From the human T2T-CHM13v2.0 reference genome, Homo sapiens: a stretch of DNA of 64,000 bases. A program made the position numbers and the translations under genes. Below the pieces are notes generated by a model. That model worked only from the letters and a program-made list of their open reading frames with translations, searched no databases and had not been told where the DNA came from. Below, one piece after another: positions 11,410 through 24,443 of the stretch. Position 1 is the first letter of the stretch; every line of letters starts with the position of its first letter. The stretch lies in NCBI RefSeq assembly GCF_009914755.1, contig NC_060934.1. One strand, 5' to 3'.

Positions 11410-12754
11410 AGAGAAAGAAAGTGAGATTGATTTTTTATTTTGAACTGACTAGGTGCCACCCCTTCATTACCATGCTGATTTAAACTGTCAAGACTGCAGC
11501 CTGGCCTGACCACTGAGGAGCAAAGACAATAGGAAAACAGAAGGCGACTCAGGATGCAAATGCCTCATTGTTACAGAACAATAAACAGATTCACCCTTTT
11601 GCTAAATGTCAGGTTAATATCCTCTTGGCACCAGCTGTGCCTCTCCCCTCCTTCCCTGCCACAGTGAGTCCAGGCTCCTGGAAGTCTGCCCTTCACCAGC
11701 CACCTAGGCTCAGCACTGGGCGTCGAGGAGAGCAGGTGTGGCTGGCACAGTAAATGCAAACACAACCAGTCCAACCGCAAAGTGGAATCAGCCTTTGCAT
11801 GGAGTGATATCCTGGGACAGCCTCAAGCTCTGACTTTGGGGAGCTCTGGGCTTTGGGCTACAGCTTGGGTAGCTGACTAAGCCAGGGGATGGCACTAACA
11901 CATGTTCTCCGTGTACTTACTCACAAGCCAAGAACAGGTAGGCAAGGAGGGAGGATGACCTTCAAGGCCAGTTACCAACAGGCTCCAAATGCATTTCCCA
12001 TGGATGCCCACTGGGCCCATCCCCATTCCTCCCTCCACCAAGTCCCTATCCATTCTAACTTCTCATGATCGCTTCTTTCTGCCTTATCTCTGCATTGACA
12101 TTGACACTGTTGTTGCTGGGGGGCTTTGCTGTGCTTGCCTCTGCTGCCCCAACAGGTCTCCTTGTCGCCATACCATTCTCCACAGTATCTGCAGAGTCTC
12201 CCCAGTTAGATGATCTGGCCAGGTCACTCCTTAACTCAGAATACTTCTGTAGCTCCCTCTGGCTTTTAATGTAAAGCCAAACCCTTAGCAAGCCACTGAG
12301 GAATGAGTTTGACCCCATTCTTCTGAACTCACATGGTCCTTTGAGTTTACCCTTTGCCCAACCCTTATTATCCAGGATGGGGGTTGACTGTTTTGGTTTC
12401 TTCCCCCCCATTTCTAAGGACAGGAACCATGCCTCTTACCTCTGCACACCCTGTGCCTTACATGGGGTATGGAACAGGAAATGTGCTCAGTAGTGATTGG
12501 AAGCCATTCATTCCTTACTCAGACCTCTCTACAAATTGTCCCTGAGTCTAACCCACAACTTCCCTCACTGCAAAAATCCTTCAGATTGCTCCTGACAGGA
12601 CTGTCTTCCTCATCTCATCTGTTTTCTCTGTCCTAATCACTCTCTGGAGCTTAGCTCAGGTTCCCCCACAAGTCTCACCACCATGAAGCCTCTACACTGT
12701 TTTGTCTTCTCTAACTGCATCCCCCACGTGGAACTTCATAACGGTAGGCTTTGT

Positions 12755-12890
12755 AATAGTTACTTTACACCTCTGAACCTCATCTACAAGGATGGTTCAC
12801 AATAGATTTGCCATAAATTTTAAATTATGATGCAATATAAATAAAGCACATAGCACAGAATCTGGCACACAGTAAGTGCTGAAAATAGAT
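12755..12890 (+). mobile_element. MIR fragment
   Basis: acctctgaacctcatctac...aaagcacatagcacagaatctggcacacagtaagtgct. Confidence 0.65.
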
Positions 12891-13675
12891 TTGTCTGATG
12901 GTGAGGACGAGCGTGGTGGTGGTGGTGGTGACAGTGATAATGATGATGATATCTCTGTTTTATATTGCAAGACCCAGAATGTCAATTCCTTCTTTGAGGG
13001 AAAGGGCCACTGCTTATAGTGGTCTTGACAAACTTCAAAACATATGGCCCAATGCTTATTTCTGGTGGAAGCTTTACTGACCATATTAATGCTATTGATA
13101 ATATTTTCATGTTATTGGTATTAATCACGTTACCAGGGAAAGAGCATTGGATTCAAAGTCAAATGCAGACTTTCAGTCCTGTTTTTCCACTTTGGGCCTC
13201 AGCTTCCTTAGCTATAAATAAATGAGTTTTCCAGAGTTTTCCAGAATGATCTGTAGTCCTTTCTAGCAATGATAATTACGTGGTTATTAGTGAGACTAGT
13301 CCACACCAAAGTGAGCCTACACTCCATCCATATGGGTCATCCCTCCCCAGTATACCTGGGCCCCAAAATGCAAGCACACCATGGGGAAATGGAAGAAATT
13401 GGGACTTATGTCATCCAACCAACAGAACGCCAGTCCTCACTTCAACACACAAATGTTTTCTGTTTTAAAATCTACTCCAGCAGCACTACAGTTGGCATTC
13501 CCCCTCCTAGCAGTGGGTTAGCAGCAGATGTTACAGCAAAATGATCCAGACTGGGGGTGATTATTAACCCTTCTGCACAGCATACCCATCTTTGCTTCTG
13601 GGTCCACACTTGCACACCTAAGACAAGTTCACCCGCCATCCCTGTCATCAAGAGCTTCACCATCTTCTTGTCTAG

Positions 13676-14044
<369 letters not shown>

Positions 14045-14189
14045 AGTATCAAATCTTATCAAGTATCAACCACATCCTCCTATAAGGTGAGAAACCAGAC
14101 CCCACTGTAAGGTAGGACTGCCCACAATGGTGTAAAGAGCCATCTGGGAAATAAATAGTAAATAGCCCACTGCAAAAAAAAAAAAGTTT

Positions 14190-14620
14190 CAAGACAGACA
14201 AACCTGGCTTCTCTATGTATAGTCTGTGCGATCTTAGGTAAGCCACTTAAAAGCTCTCTCAGTTTCCTCTACTATAAAGTGGGGATTTTTATGTCAACAC
14301 AACCCCAGGAAATAGGCTTTGAGTATAATAATATTCACAAAGCACACAAATAGGCACTCTGAAGAGGTCAGCCCCTCCCTTTCCACCCTGAGGACCTTGT
14401 GGGAGTGCACACAACGTGACCTCAAGGTAAAGTGGGACTCTGCTCCACTGTTTATGACATAACTGGGTTGTCTTGCACATTTTAAATATCTGTCTGTGTC
14501 TCATTTTCTTCATCTAAAACTATTCATATCCCCAAGATTTGTTGTTGGGAATTAAACAAAACAATACATGCAAAACAGTACTTGGCGCACAGTAAGCACT
14601 CAATAAATATGTAATTGTCA
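14190..14620 (+). mobile_element. Two MIR copies
   Basis: ctcagtttcctctactataaagtgggga and ggcgcacagtaagcactcaataaat. Confidence 0.7.
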
Positions 14621-14969
14621 TCACCCATGTTATCATCATCATTTAATGATGCTGAAGAACAAGTAAGTGCTTATCACTTCCTTTAAATCTTGGCACCAAC
14701 CACACTAAAATCTCAGGCAGGCAGGTCAAACTGCAAGTCAGAGGGCCAGTACTGTCAAGTCCCAACGAGGCCACAGGACCAGTTACCCATCCGCAGATTA
14801 TCCTTGGAAAATGTTTAAAGCATCATCCACTCTGATGTCAGCAGGTGTGTGCTCAGGCAGTGCTAGTGTGACATCCTATAAAAGTCAGAAAAAAGGCCTC
14901 AAAGAAGATAACCTGAGCCAAGAACACAGGCGTAGCTTAACTAAAATGTTTGTCTACTCAGACACCTTG

Positions 14970-14990
14970 GCCCCTGTCCGTGGTCCTGAA
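14970..14990 (-). promoter_or_regulatory. RE1/NRSE (REST binding site)
   Basis: Minus strand TTCAGGACCACGGACAGGGGC matches canonical TTCAGCACCACGGACAGCGCC at 18/21, with canonical spacing and the CpG retained. Confidence 0.75.
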
Positions 14991-15123
14991 AGAGACAAGT
15001 GGACAAAGACTGACGGGTGGTCATGACTTTTCTTTTTCCCTTTTGCAAATAGTTGAAGACCTCTTCTGATGCAAATGGTATCAACAAAAGATAACAGAAG
15101 AAAACATATATGGGAGGTCATGA

Positions 15124-15530
<407 letters not shown>

Positions 15531-15656
15531 AATATATATCTATATTTTTAGTCACTGGGCTTCCCCACCTCTTATACCCTGACTCTAAAATCATCAAAAA
15601 ACCCTTCATAATGCATACCAGAAATAACACAAATCACTTGTGTGGTCTTTGGCTAC

Positions 15657-16011
15657 TGCTATGGTCTGAATGTTTTGTCCCCTCAAAATCCATATATTGA
15701 AATCCTGTCATCCAATGTGATATTAGGAGGCAAAGCCTTTGGAAGCTAACTAGGTCATGAGAAGGATCTCTCATGAATGAGACTACTGTCTTTAAAAAAG
15801 AGATTCCAGAGGGCCCTCTTGTTTCTTCTGCCAGGTGAGGACACAGTCAGAGGACTGCCATCTATGAACCAGAAAGCAGGCCATCACCAGGCATGGCATC
15901 AGTTAGCACCTTGATCTTGGATTGCCCAGTTTTCAGAACTGTAAAAAGTGTTTTTGTGTCAACCACACAGTCTAGGTATTTTTGTTACAGCAGCTCAAAT
16001 GAACTAAAACA
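15657..16011 (+). mobile_element. MLT1A0-like solo LTR
   Basis: tgctatggtctgaatgt...gccatctatgaaccagaaagcagg...gaactaaaaca. Confidence 0.85.
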
Positions 16012-16129
16012 CCTCCCCTCTGTTGGTCTGGATAATAAGAAATTGAACAACACGAATGTCCTATCCTGAAAATAATTTAATTCTTCTATTCCCTCATTTA
16101 TTGCAAAGACATGGCAGAAAATATTTAGT

Positions 16130-16390
16130 AGGAGCAAGGCTCTGAGATTTCAATCCTAACCTCTGATTCCAGTCCTAAATCCATCACTAATCAGGATAAG
16201 ACCTTGGGCAAATTGCTTCACCTCTTTGTCCCTCAGTTTATTCATCTATAAAAATGATAACAAAAATAATACTTAGTTCATAAGGTTATTATAAAAATTA
16301 AATGAGATAATGCACCCGAATAGCTTAGAAAGTGCTTGCCACATTGTACAACCCCAGTAAGGATAAATGTTAATATTATAATTAGTTTTA
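16130..16390 (+). mobile_element. MIR, near full length
   Basis: gaccttgggcaaattgcttcacctctttgtccctcagtttattcatctataaaaatg. Confidence 0.8.
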
Positions 16391-16934
16391 TTGTTATTAT
16401 TATTGTTGTTGTTCCAAATTAGACGTAACCACATATTGGTTTGCACAGGTGCCCTTTCTTTGTACTGTTTCTAATATCTAACCCCTTCTATCCTCTGCCT
16501 GAGAAAACTGTGGACATATCACGTAAGATCTGAAGAAAGTTTGTTCACTCACCCACCCACCCACTGAGTTCACCATAAAAAGAATTCAGAAATTTCTTAC
16601 AATGGGAGATAGTAAAAACATAATGGCCACAATTCCCAAAAAGCTGCAGAGAGCTTATACACCCTCAGTCCACATCACAACAGAGCCACTCTCCACTCCC
16701 TTACCCAGCCATGCTTGGGGCCACTCCTACTCACTTCCTCATCAATCTGTCAATTTTAGAGGAGCCCACGGGGCTCACACAAGCTGTGCAGATCACCAAG
16801 GTTAGTATCTCCATTGCCTTGCTCCTTGGAAGAATGTTCAATATTAGTTCAGTGTTCCCAGCCCACAACCTAAAGCCTCCAGGAGTCAGGATGAAATACA
16901 AACAATGGCAATGACCCCTCCTTATCTGGAACTC

Positions 16935-17110
16935 ACAATAATTTCGTAAATACTGCTATGCACCTTGGTTCCTTCAATCTTCTTAACATCCCTCCAAAGC
17001 AGGCGGTTAGTGATCTCCCGATTATACAGAAAGGTAGCTGAGGCCTAGAGATTGACATGACTTGCTAAAATTCACACAGCTATCAGTGAATGGCAAAATC
17101 AGAACAGCCC
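16935..17110 (-). mobile_element. MIR fragment
   Basis: attatacagaaaggtagctgaggcctagagattgacatgacttgct. Confidence 0.6.
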
Positions 17111-17134
17111 AGGATGGCTCTTCAGGCAGCAAAG

Positions 17135-17370
17135 TTTAGTGGGAAAAGCAGCCAGGGAGAACTCAAGTTCAAGGGAGAACTTGAATCTTAACACTTATTA
17201 CCTATATGACCTCAATAAAGTCACTTAACCTGTGAGGACTCAGTTTCCTCACATGTAAAATGAAAATAGTATTTTCCATTCAGGATGCTGGGGCATGCAA
17301 TAATGTGGGAGAGCACTGAGCCAAGTGTTTGGCACAGAGATGGGATTAAATAGGAGGGTCCTATTGTTAT
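17135..17370 (+). mobile_element. MIR
   Basis: aagtcacttaacc...ctcagtttcctcacatgtaaaatg. Confidence 0.75.
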
Positions 17371-17922
17371 TATTACTATGGTTAGGGGAGCCCCATTCCC
17401 TCTCCAACGTACAGAGCCACACGGAATCTAAACTAAGGAGGCCATAAAACACACTGGCTCCAGTCTAAGTCCAGTGTCTTTCTCCCTGCCCCCCATGTAC
17501 CTGCCAGCCACATGCCTGAACAGCAGAGAGCTCAATCATCACATGTGGCTTATCTAGAGAACTTTTAAATCCCACGCTGGCCTGACCCACCCCAGCTGGC
17601 ATACTCTCAGGCCTCTGACACTGGCAGCAGGTCTGAGCATGAGGAATACAGTATCTAATCTGAGCAATAACTTGCTTATCCTTATATTTAATTTATACAA
17701 AAGTGCTTTATGATATATGGCATGATGGCAACAATGGGTCAGTGAAACATATGAATTTCCATTAAACATATCCACTTCCATAAACAACCATTCCTGTTTT
17801 GAGTAGGTAGAGCCAGTAAGGATGAAATGATGCTGAAGAGGAAGGCAGTGAAGGGTATTTTATAAATATCAATATTCAAATACCACTTAAGTCCTCATAT
17901 TTACTTAATAAATATGACAATG

Positions 17923-18224
<302 letters not shown>

Positions 18225-18374
18225 TAGGTAACCTGTCCCCTGTCCCAAATTGCCCTGGGGAGCACTGCAAAGCCTTAAAGAAATACATTGGGGATTATCT
18301 GCTTGTTTGGTTACCCAAGCTGCTACTTCCTTTTTGTCTATAATTAATGAAATTAGACCATGCACATAGATGAG

Positions 18375-18660
18375 ATCCACTCAAGTCTACAAATATTGAC
18401 AGCACTAGATATACATTTTGAGGCCATGAAAATGCAATGAGGAACAAGACACAACCCCTGTTGTTACGAGGGCACAGCCCATTGTGGGAGACAGATTACA
18501 TAGCATTTACAGTACGATAGGCTGAGTACGCAGGGGTAAGGGAACACAGAGGAGGAACATGTTTCCTGAATTTGGGGCCCAAAGCTGAGACCTAAAGCGT
18601 GCACAGGAGTTGGCCAGGGGATGAGAGGGAAAAAAAGGAGAGAGAGTTGCTCTGAGTTAA
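18375..18660 (-). mobile_element. L2 fragment
   Basis: tctacaaatattgacagcacta...aacaagacacaacccctg...gaacacagaggagga. Confidence 0.55.
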
Positions 18661-19651
18661 GGAAACATTTGAGCAAAAAATCCATTTGTAAACAGAGCTT
18701 GGGGACCTCAGTGCTGCCACTGAGTGACAATTCATAAATGCAGCAACTCTCAGCCACCCACCCAACATTATTCTGTGCTTGATCAAGAGCTGAAGCAGCC
18801 TCCAGCTGCTGCCACCTTCTGCCAGCAGTGTTAGTTCCATGAGGGCTGTTCTGCCCATGGATCATTGATGATCTGTTGTCCCCTGCATGCACAGACCAGA
18901 AACCCCACCTCCCCACCTGCTGCTGTTACCCTAGTTGACCTCCTGCCTCACTGGGTGGCAGAATGGACAGCCCTGCCATCTGCTTCCCTCCCCAGAGCAC
19001 CAGGCATGGAACACTGGGGATTTATGGGGTCACCAGGCAGAGCTAGGAGGGTTTTGCAGTGGTAGGGAACTAGCAGTACACTTGAACACATCCATGGGAT
19101 CACAGCAAGGAGGCCAAATGAGATAGGATAGGGATTCAAAGGAGAAAAACAGAACCACAGAAGTACACAGCTCTCAGATGAAAGCCACTTAATCAGCCTC
19201 ATCCCATTTTCCAAAATTCAGACAAATGCAGAGAAACACTGGGCTTATTTAGCAGTATCTATACTCTAACACACACATACATGCACCTGTGTGTTAATCT
19301 AATTAGACAGCTTTTCTAGTTCTAAAGGTGAAATGCACGAAGAGCAAGTTCTTAGGTTATTTTCTCTTTAAGCAAGGGGGACTCTTACATCCAACACATG
19401 CAACAGCTATTTAGTAAAACAAACACATGTTTTCATTCTGCTTCCTGCTTGGAGCTCCAGAATGGCCTCATCTGGTCAAGGAAGGTCTCGGTTCTGCCAG
19501 CCCATTCGAGAAGGCAAATAGCAATGGTATAGATGGCATAGAGCAGGATGTGAGTCCTATACCTTGGATTGCCCTGGACAGAGGGCCTATTGTCTCCTCT
19601 ATTTTTGGACCAAATGGGTGAGAAACAGCTTATATCAAGAATGGCCTGGCA

Positions 19652-19839
19652 CATGCCTGTAAGTCCAGTACTTTGGGAGGATTGAACCCAGGAGTTTGAG
19701 ACCAGCCTGTGCAACATAGAGAGACCCATGTCTACCAAAAAAAAAAAAAAGAAAAAAGAAAGAAAGAGAGAAAGAAAGAAAGAAAGAAAAGAAAAGAAAG
19801 AGAAGAAAAGAAAAGAGAAGAAAAGAAAAGAAAAGGAAA
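19652..19839 (+). mobile_element. Truncated free Alu monomer (FLAM_C-like) with expanded GA-rich tail
   Basis: catgcctgtaa...cccaggagtttgagaccagcctg; 15-bp TSD aagaatggcctggca at 19637-19651 and 19840-19854. Confidence 0.85.
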
Positions 19840-20224
19840 AAGAATGGCCTGGCAAATAACCCAAAGTCCTCTCAAAGCTACATTACTATAAACGAGTCGC
19901 ATGCTTATAATTCAAAAATAACATTTGTGCCTAAATTCAAACTAACACATTTTAATGGAATGGCAACATTTTTAGGCCTCAACTCATTCTGGGCTCAAAA
20001 TAATAACTAGAACTTCATAGCATTTGCTTGTGGAACCCATATTCCTTGAGCAGTATCTCCCTAGGCAACAGCTCCAGTATATCCTGCATTAGAGGATATT
20101 TCAGATGAGATGCACTTGTGTTGCCTCAGACTACTACGGAGTGACTCCGCAGCTGCTGAAGTGTTGCCTAATTGAGGATCTACTTTAGAAACGATGTGAG
20201 TGTGATGGGTAATTGGCACGTTTT

Positions 20225-20645
20225 CCTGCTTCTGAGAGTAAGCTGTGCGCTCCTTGGGAGGTGAAACCCACTTCCTTGTCTCACCATGGCTTGAATGACA
20301 TAATAGGATTTCAGTATATGCAATTGTTGAGTGAATAAATGAATAAAGAAACATATTAGCTGAATTATTGAAACAATAAGATCAAGTAAGCCCACATAGA
20401 TTTGTTCACCTTCTTCACATGCCCCCTGCCTGCCCCAACCACACCTCCTTTCCTTTGCCTTGTTTGATTTTCCACCAGGCTGCTTATTATACTATCGGAC
20501 ATGTAAGCACTTTACTTGGAAATGTGTTTATTTTCACATGCTGTGTAAAGTCCAAAGGGCATGGATTTTTATCTCATTCGCTCACCGCTCTACTCCCACC
20601 ACCTAGAACTGGTCCCTAGCAAGAGTTCACTGAGCATTTTGTGGG
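20225..20645 (+). mobile_element. L2 fragments
   Basis: Two L2 3' termini (ttgttgagtgaataaatgaat; cacctagaactggtccctagca). Confidence 0.55.
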
Positions 20646-21098
20646 GGAGTTCATTGTAAGACTCTTTAAGAATCACTCTATCTCTAAACAGAAATGATGG
20701 AAGATGTTTTTGTTCTGTGTATCAAGGGTCTTTATATATGTAAATTAATCAAAAATTAAGGTGTATTTGAGGGCGCTTGGTCTTAAAAATGTAACCATTC
20801 CACCTTGCACTGTTTTCTTACAAAAATCTTTGTAATTTGGCCCCAACATACCATTTGAGCTTTATTACATCATCTTCTTCATTACCACAATCATCACTAC
20901 CATCACTGTTATCATTCACAATTACAGAAAACATTTACCAACTGCCTGCTGAGTACAAGGCATTTTGAAAATAGGTGTTTGGGGGCCAGAAAATGAATGG
21001 GATGCTGAGGTCTCTGTTCTCAAACTGCCCATCTAATGCAAGCGTTGAGACATATTTACACATGAAACATACACTCAGTGTCAAACAACGGGTTGAAC

Positions 21099-21401
21099 CA
21101 GTTCTGTCTGACAGAAATATAATAATGAGAGCTATATAGCTAATTTAAATTTGTCTATTACTCATATTAAAAAATGAAAAATAAACAAGTAAAGTTAATT
21201 TTGATACTATTTTGCATAACCCAATATATGTAATATATTATAATTTCAACATGTATCCAATATTTTTAAAGTTTTATTAATGAGATTATTTTTCTTACTT
21301 AGTTTTGGAACATGTATGACACAGCACATCTCAATTCAGGCTAGCCATATTCAAGTGTCTAACAGCCATATGTGGCTACTGGCCACATATTGGACCCTCA
21401 G
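21099..21401. mobile_element. MER33 (hAT-Charlie)
   Basis: acagcacatctcaattcaggctagccatattcaagtg...atgtggctactggccacatattggac; TSD ggttgaac/ggttagac. Confidence 0.85.
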
Positions 21402-21802
21402 GGTTAGACTAAAGGATTTTCAGAGTACAGAGGAGGGGACACATCTCAGCAGGCACAGGAGTGTGGAGAAGGTCCCATGAGAAAAGCCTCTCCCCTTCCC
21501 TCCTTTTCCTGCTCTTTCCTTCCCCATCTTCCTCCTCCTCCCGTCCTCATCCTTATGGAAGCACAAGCGGTATAGTTGCAGGGGTAAATAGGTGTCCCAA
21601 GATGAAAACAAAGGGAAACCTTGGGCTTACCCACTGAGAGTCTCTGTTCCACACTGCCTCTTCTTCTCTTTCTCCTAGGCACAGCCAAGGAAGGTTAAAT
21701 CCCATTCCATCACTAATGAGAGATCTGCCCACAAGCACTAAAATAAGATTCCTCTGATCTTAAAAGAAAAGTGTTTTTGGACTTTAGGCAACCCTGGGGA
21801 CT

Positions 21803-21986
21803 TAGAGTTGTTCTCAACCCTAGCATCCATCAGACTCACCTAGAGAAAATTTTAAAAGTAAAGATGCCACAAGTATACACTCCCAGATTCTGATTTAATT
21901 GGTCTAGAGTGAGGCCTAGGGACGTTTGCACCTTTTTTAAAGGCTCCTAGGTGATTCTAATGTGTAACTAGACCTGAGAACTGCTG
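21803..21986. mobile_element. MER5B
   Basis: ttctcaaccct...cagattctgatttaattggtctagagtgaggcc...aggtgattctaatgtg...tgagaactgctg. Confidence 0.8.
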
Positions 21987-22049
21987 GGCTGGGGTGCAGA
22001 AATTGCAGAGTGGAGGAGAGGAAAGAGTGGCCAGTTGGCTATGATGCCA

Positions 22050-22265
22050 TTAACCACAGCACTCAGCATCACTTTATGTACCCTTTCTCGTTGGATCCAT
22101 ATGATAACCCTGTGTGACAGGTACCACTAACCTCATTTTGCAAGTGAGAAAACCAAGGCTCTAGGAGGTTAAGCAACTTTTCCAGGGTCACACAGTTAGC
22201 AACTGGGAAAGGAAGAAACTCAAGCCCGGTCAGTTCTGACTCCAAGACCCATGCTCCTCACTTCA
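22050..22265 (-). mobile_element. MIR
   Basis: cctcattttgcaagtgagaaaaccaaggctctaggaggttaagcaactt. Confidence 0.75.
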
Positions 22266-22377
22266 TATCACCCCTTGTCCCTCCTCTTCATCAACCTTGC
22301 CCTCCATTTCCACTCCACCAATCTTGGTTCAAGGTGAGAAACTGGGATGGGAATGAGAGGATGAAGAAAACTAGGTA

Positions 22378-22462
22378 AGATGCAGGGACAGGTTGGGAAA
22401 AAATAGTAATGCATACAGCAGATGCAGGGGGAAGTTGGGAAAAAAATAGTAATGGACACAGC
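22378..22462. repeat. Tandem duplication, 42/43-bp unit x2
   Basis: agatgcagggacaggttgggaaaaaatagtaatgcatacagc / agatgcagggggaagttgggaaaaaaatagtaatggacacagc. Confidence 0.9.
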
Positions 22463-23701
22463 AGCAAGGGAGAAACCTCCTTCATAGATGGCCAGCATCT
22501 CCCAGATATTTTTTTAAGTGCTAGATAGATTAAGTGTTGAAAGGACACATGCAGGGGAGGGTGCTGATATTGACTACGAGACTTGTTTGGCATCATGACA
22601 AGGAAGAAGTGATGAGAAAAGGTGTCCCAGAAAATTAACCATTACCTAGCTTCCACAGAGGATCCTGCCCTAACCAACAGATAGGCTAGAAAGAAGGCTA
22701 CAGAACAGAAGACAAAGAATAAAAGAGCTGTACACAAAGATATGTTCTTTTTCTGAGGTTTCATACACTGTGAAATTTCCAAGTAGTGAAAAATTAACTC
22801 AATGCTTAAAAAAAAAAAAGAAGATGAATGCAAAGAAAGAAAAAAAAAAGAAAAATCTGGCAATGTTGGAAGAGAAATCAGTCTTGCCTGACAGTATTTA
22901 AATTGAATGTCTGTGAGCATGGCCCACAATTTTTAGTGAAAGTAGAAGCTATTAAAAAGTCGATGCACAAGATTAAAATTTAGAATGCTATTTTAATAAT
23001 ACCAAATTCTACTCAATTTCAAATGGCTGTCATTTTTAAGCTCCACCAATTTGATAACACTTGACTGATGGCATTGGGAGCTGAGTGATGGGAAGATTGA
23101 ATTCGGCAGGTCCAGCTCAGCTGACACAGCCAGAGAGATGAATACTCATCCTCAAAGAACTAAGCAGACCAGGCTGATGGACCTCTTAGAATCTGTTTTC
23201 CCATCTGTAAAATGGGACTAACAATATCTGCCCTACTGAAAGGAACAAGTGTGATGGAGGGTGAATGAACCATTGTCAAAAGCATTGTGAAGGTCAAGAA
23301 TGCATTGTGCTCCCGCTGTGGGTAGAGCCTGTGCTAGGTCACAGGTCACCTCTTTCTGGAAGCTTCCCACATCTCCCAATTCTAACTTAGAGAATCAACA
23401 AGTAGTTGGACTAGTCAGTGCTGGGATGAGAACATGCTCAGGATGTTCCAGAACTCGGAGACAAGTCATCTGTCACGTCATTAGATCCACCACCTTGTAG
23501 GACTGGGAGTTTGCTCTGTGTACCTAGCACTGTGCCTGGTATACAGTGAGTGGATCCTCAATAAGTATTTGTAGCTCCCTCATTCAACAGGATCTTGTCC
23601 CTAATGTTTTGACTTTAGATGGGAAGACAAATATTTACCAAGCATAATATAAGTACTGATGCAGAGACCATCAGAGCATTACAGAGGAAGAAGAAACACT
23701 A

Positions 23702-24019
<318 letters not shown>

Positions 24020-24060
24020 TCATTTCAACTGGATATTGAAAAATCATTTATTATAATCAC

Positions 24061-24443
24061 TGTGGTCATGTTTAATGCTGTTGACAAATATTTCCTGCTC
24101 TTCACATCCTAGGCATGCAGCAGGATTACATTACCCTGCACCCTCTGAAGTTAGGCTAAGCCATGGGTCCTACACTGGCCAATGAAACATCAGCAGAAGT
24201 GGCATATGTCCCATTTTGGCAGAAACTTTAGGAGCTGTGCAGTTCTCCATGTTTTCTTCCTGCAGTATGGCAAATGGAAGGACGTGTTAAAATGAAGAAT
24301 CTTGGGGGAAAATGGCTCCAGAAGCAGGGGTTTCAGTACAACCTATACAGAACATGAAGGACAAGCAAGAAATACACCTTTGTTGCAGAATCCGACTGAG
24401 ATTTGGGGGCCATTTGTTATTGGCGCCTCTCTTTACTAATACA
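24061..24443 (+). mobile_element. MLT1I/J-like solo LTR
   Basis: TG...CA ends, ggccaatgaaa, caagaaatacacctttgttg; TSD atcac/atcat. Confidence 0.8.

Noticed and set aside
12065-12274. Plus-strand ORF resembling a signal peptide (MIASFCLISALTLTLLLLGG)
   Set aside because: Hydrophobicity is expected from the T/C-rich strand; no promoter or splice support; recorded only as part of the minus-strand candidate
13224-13245. 10-bp tandem duplication gagttttcca x2
   Set aside because: Ordinary slippage at a MIR edge
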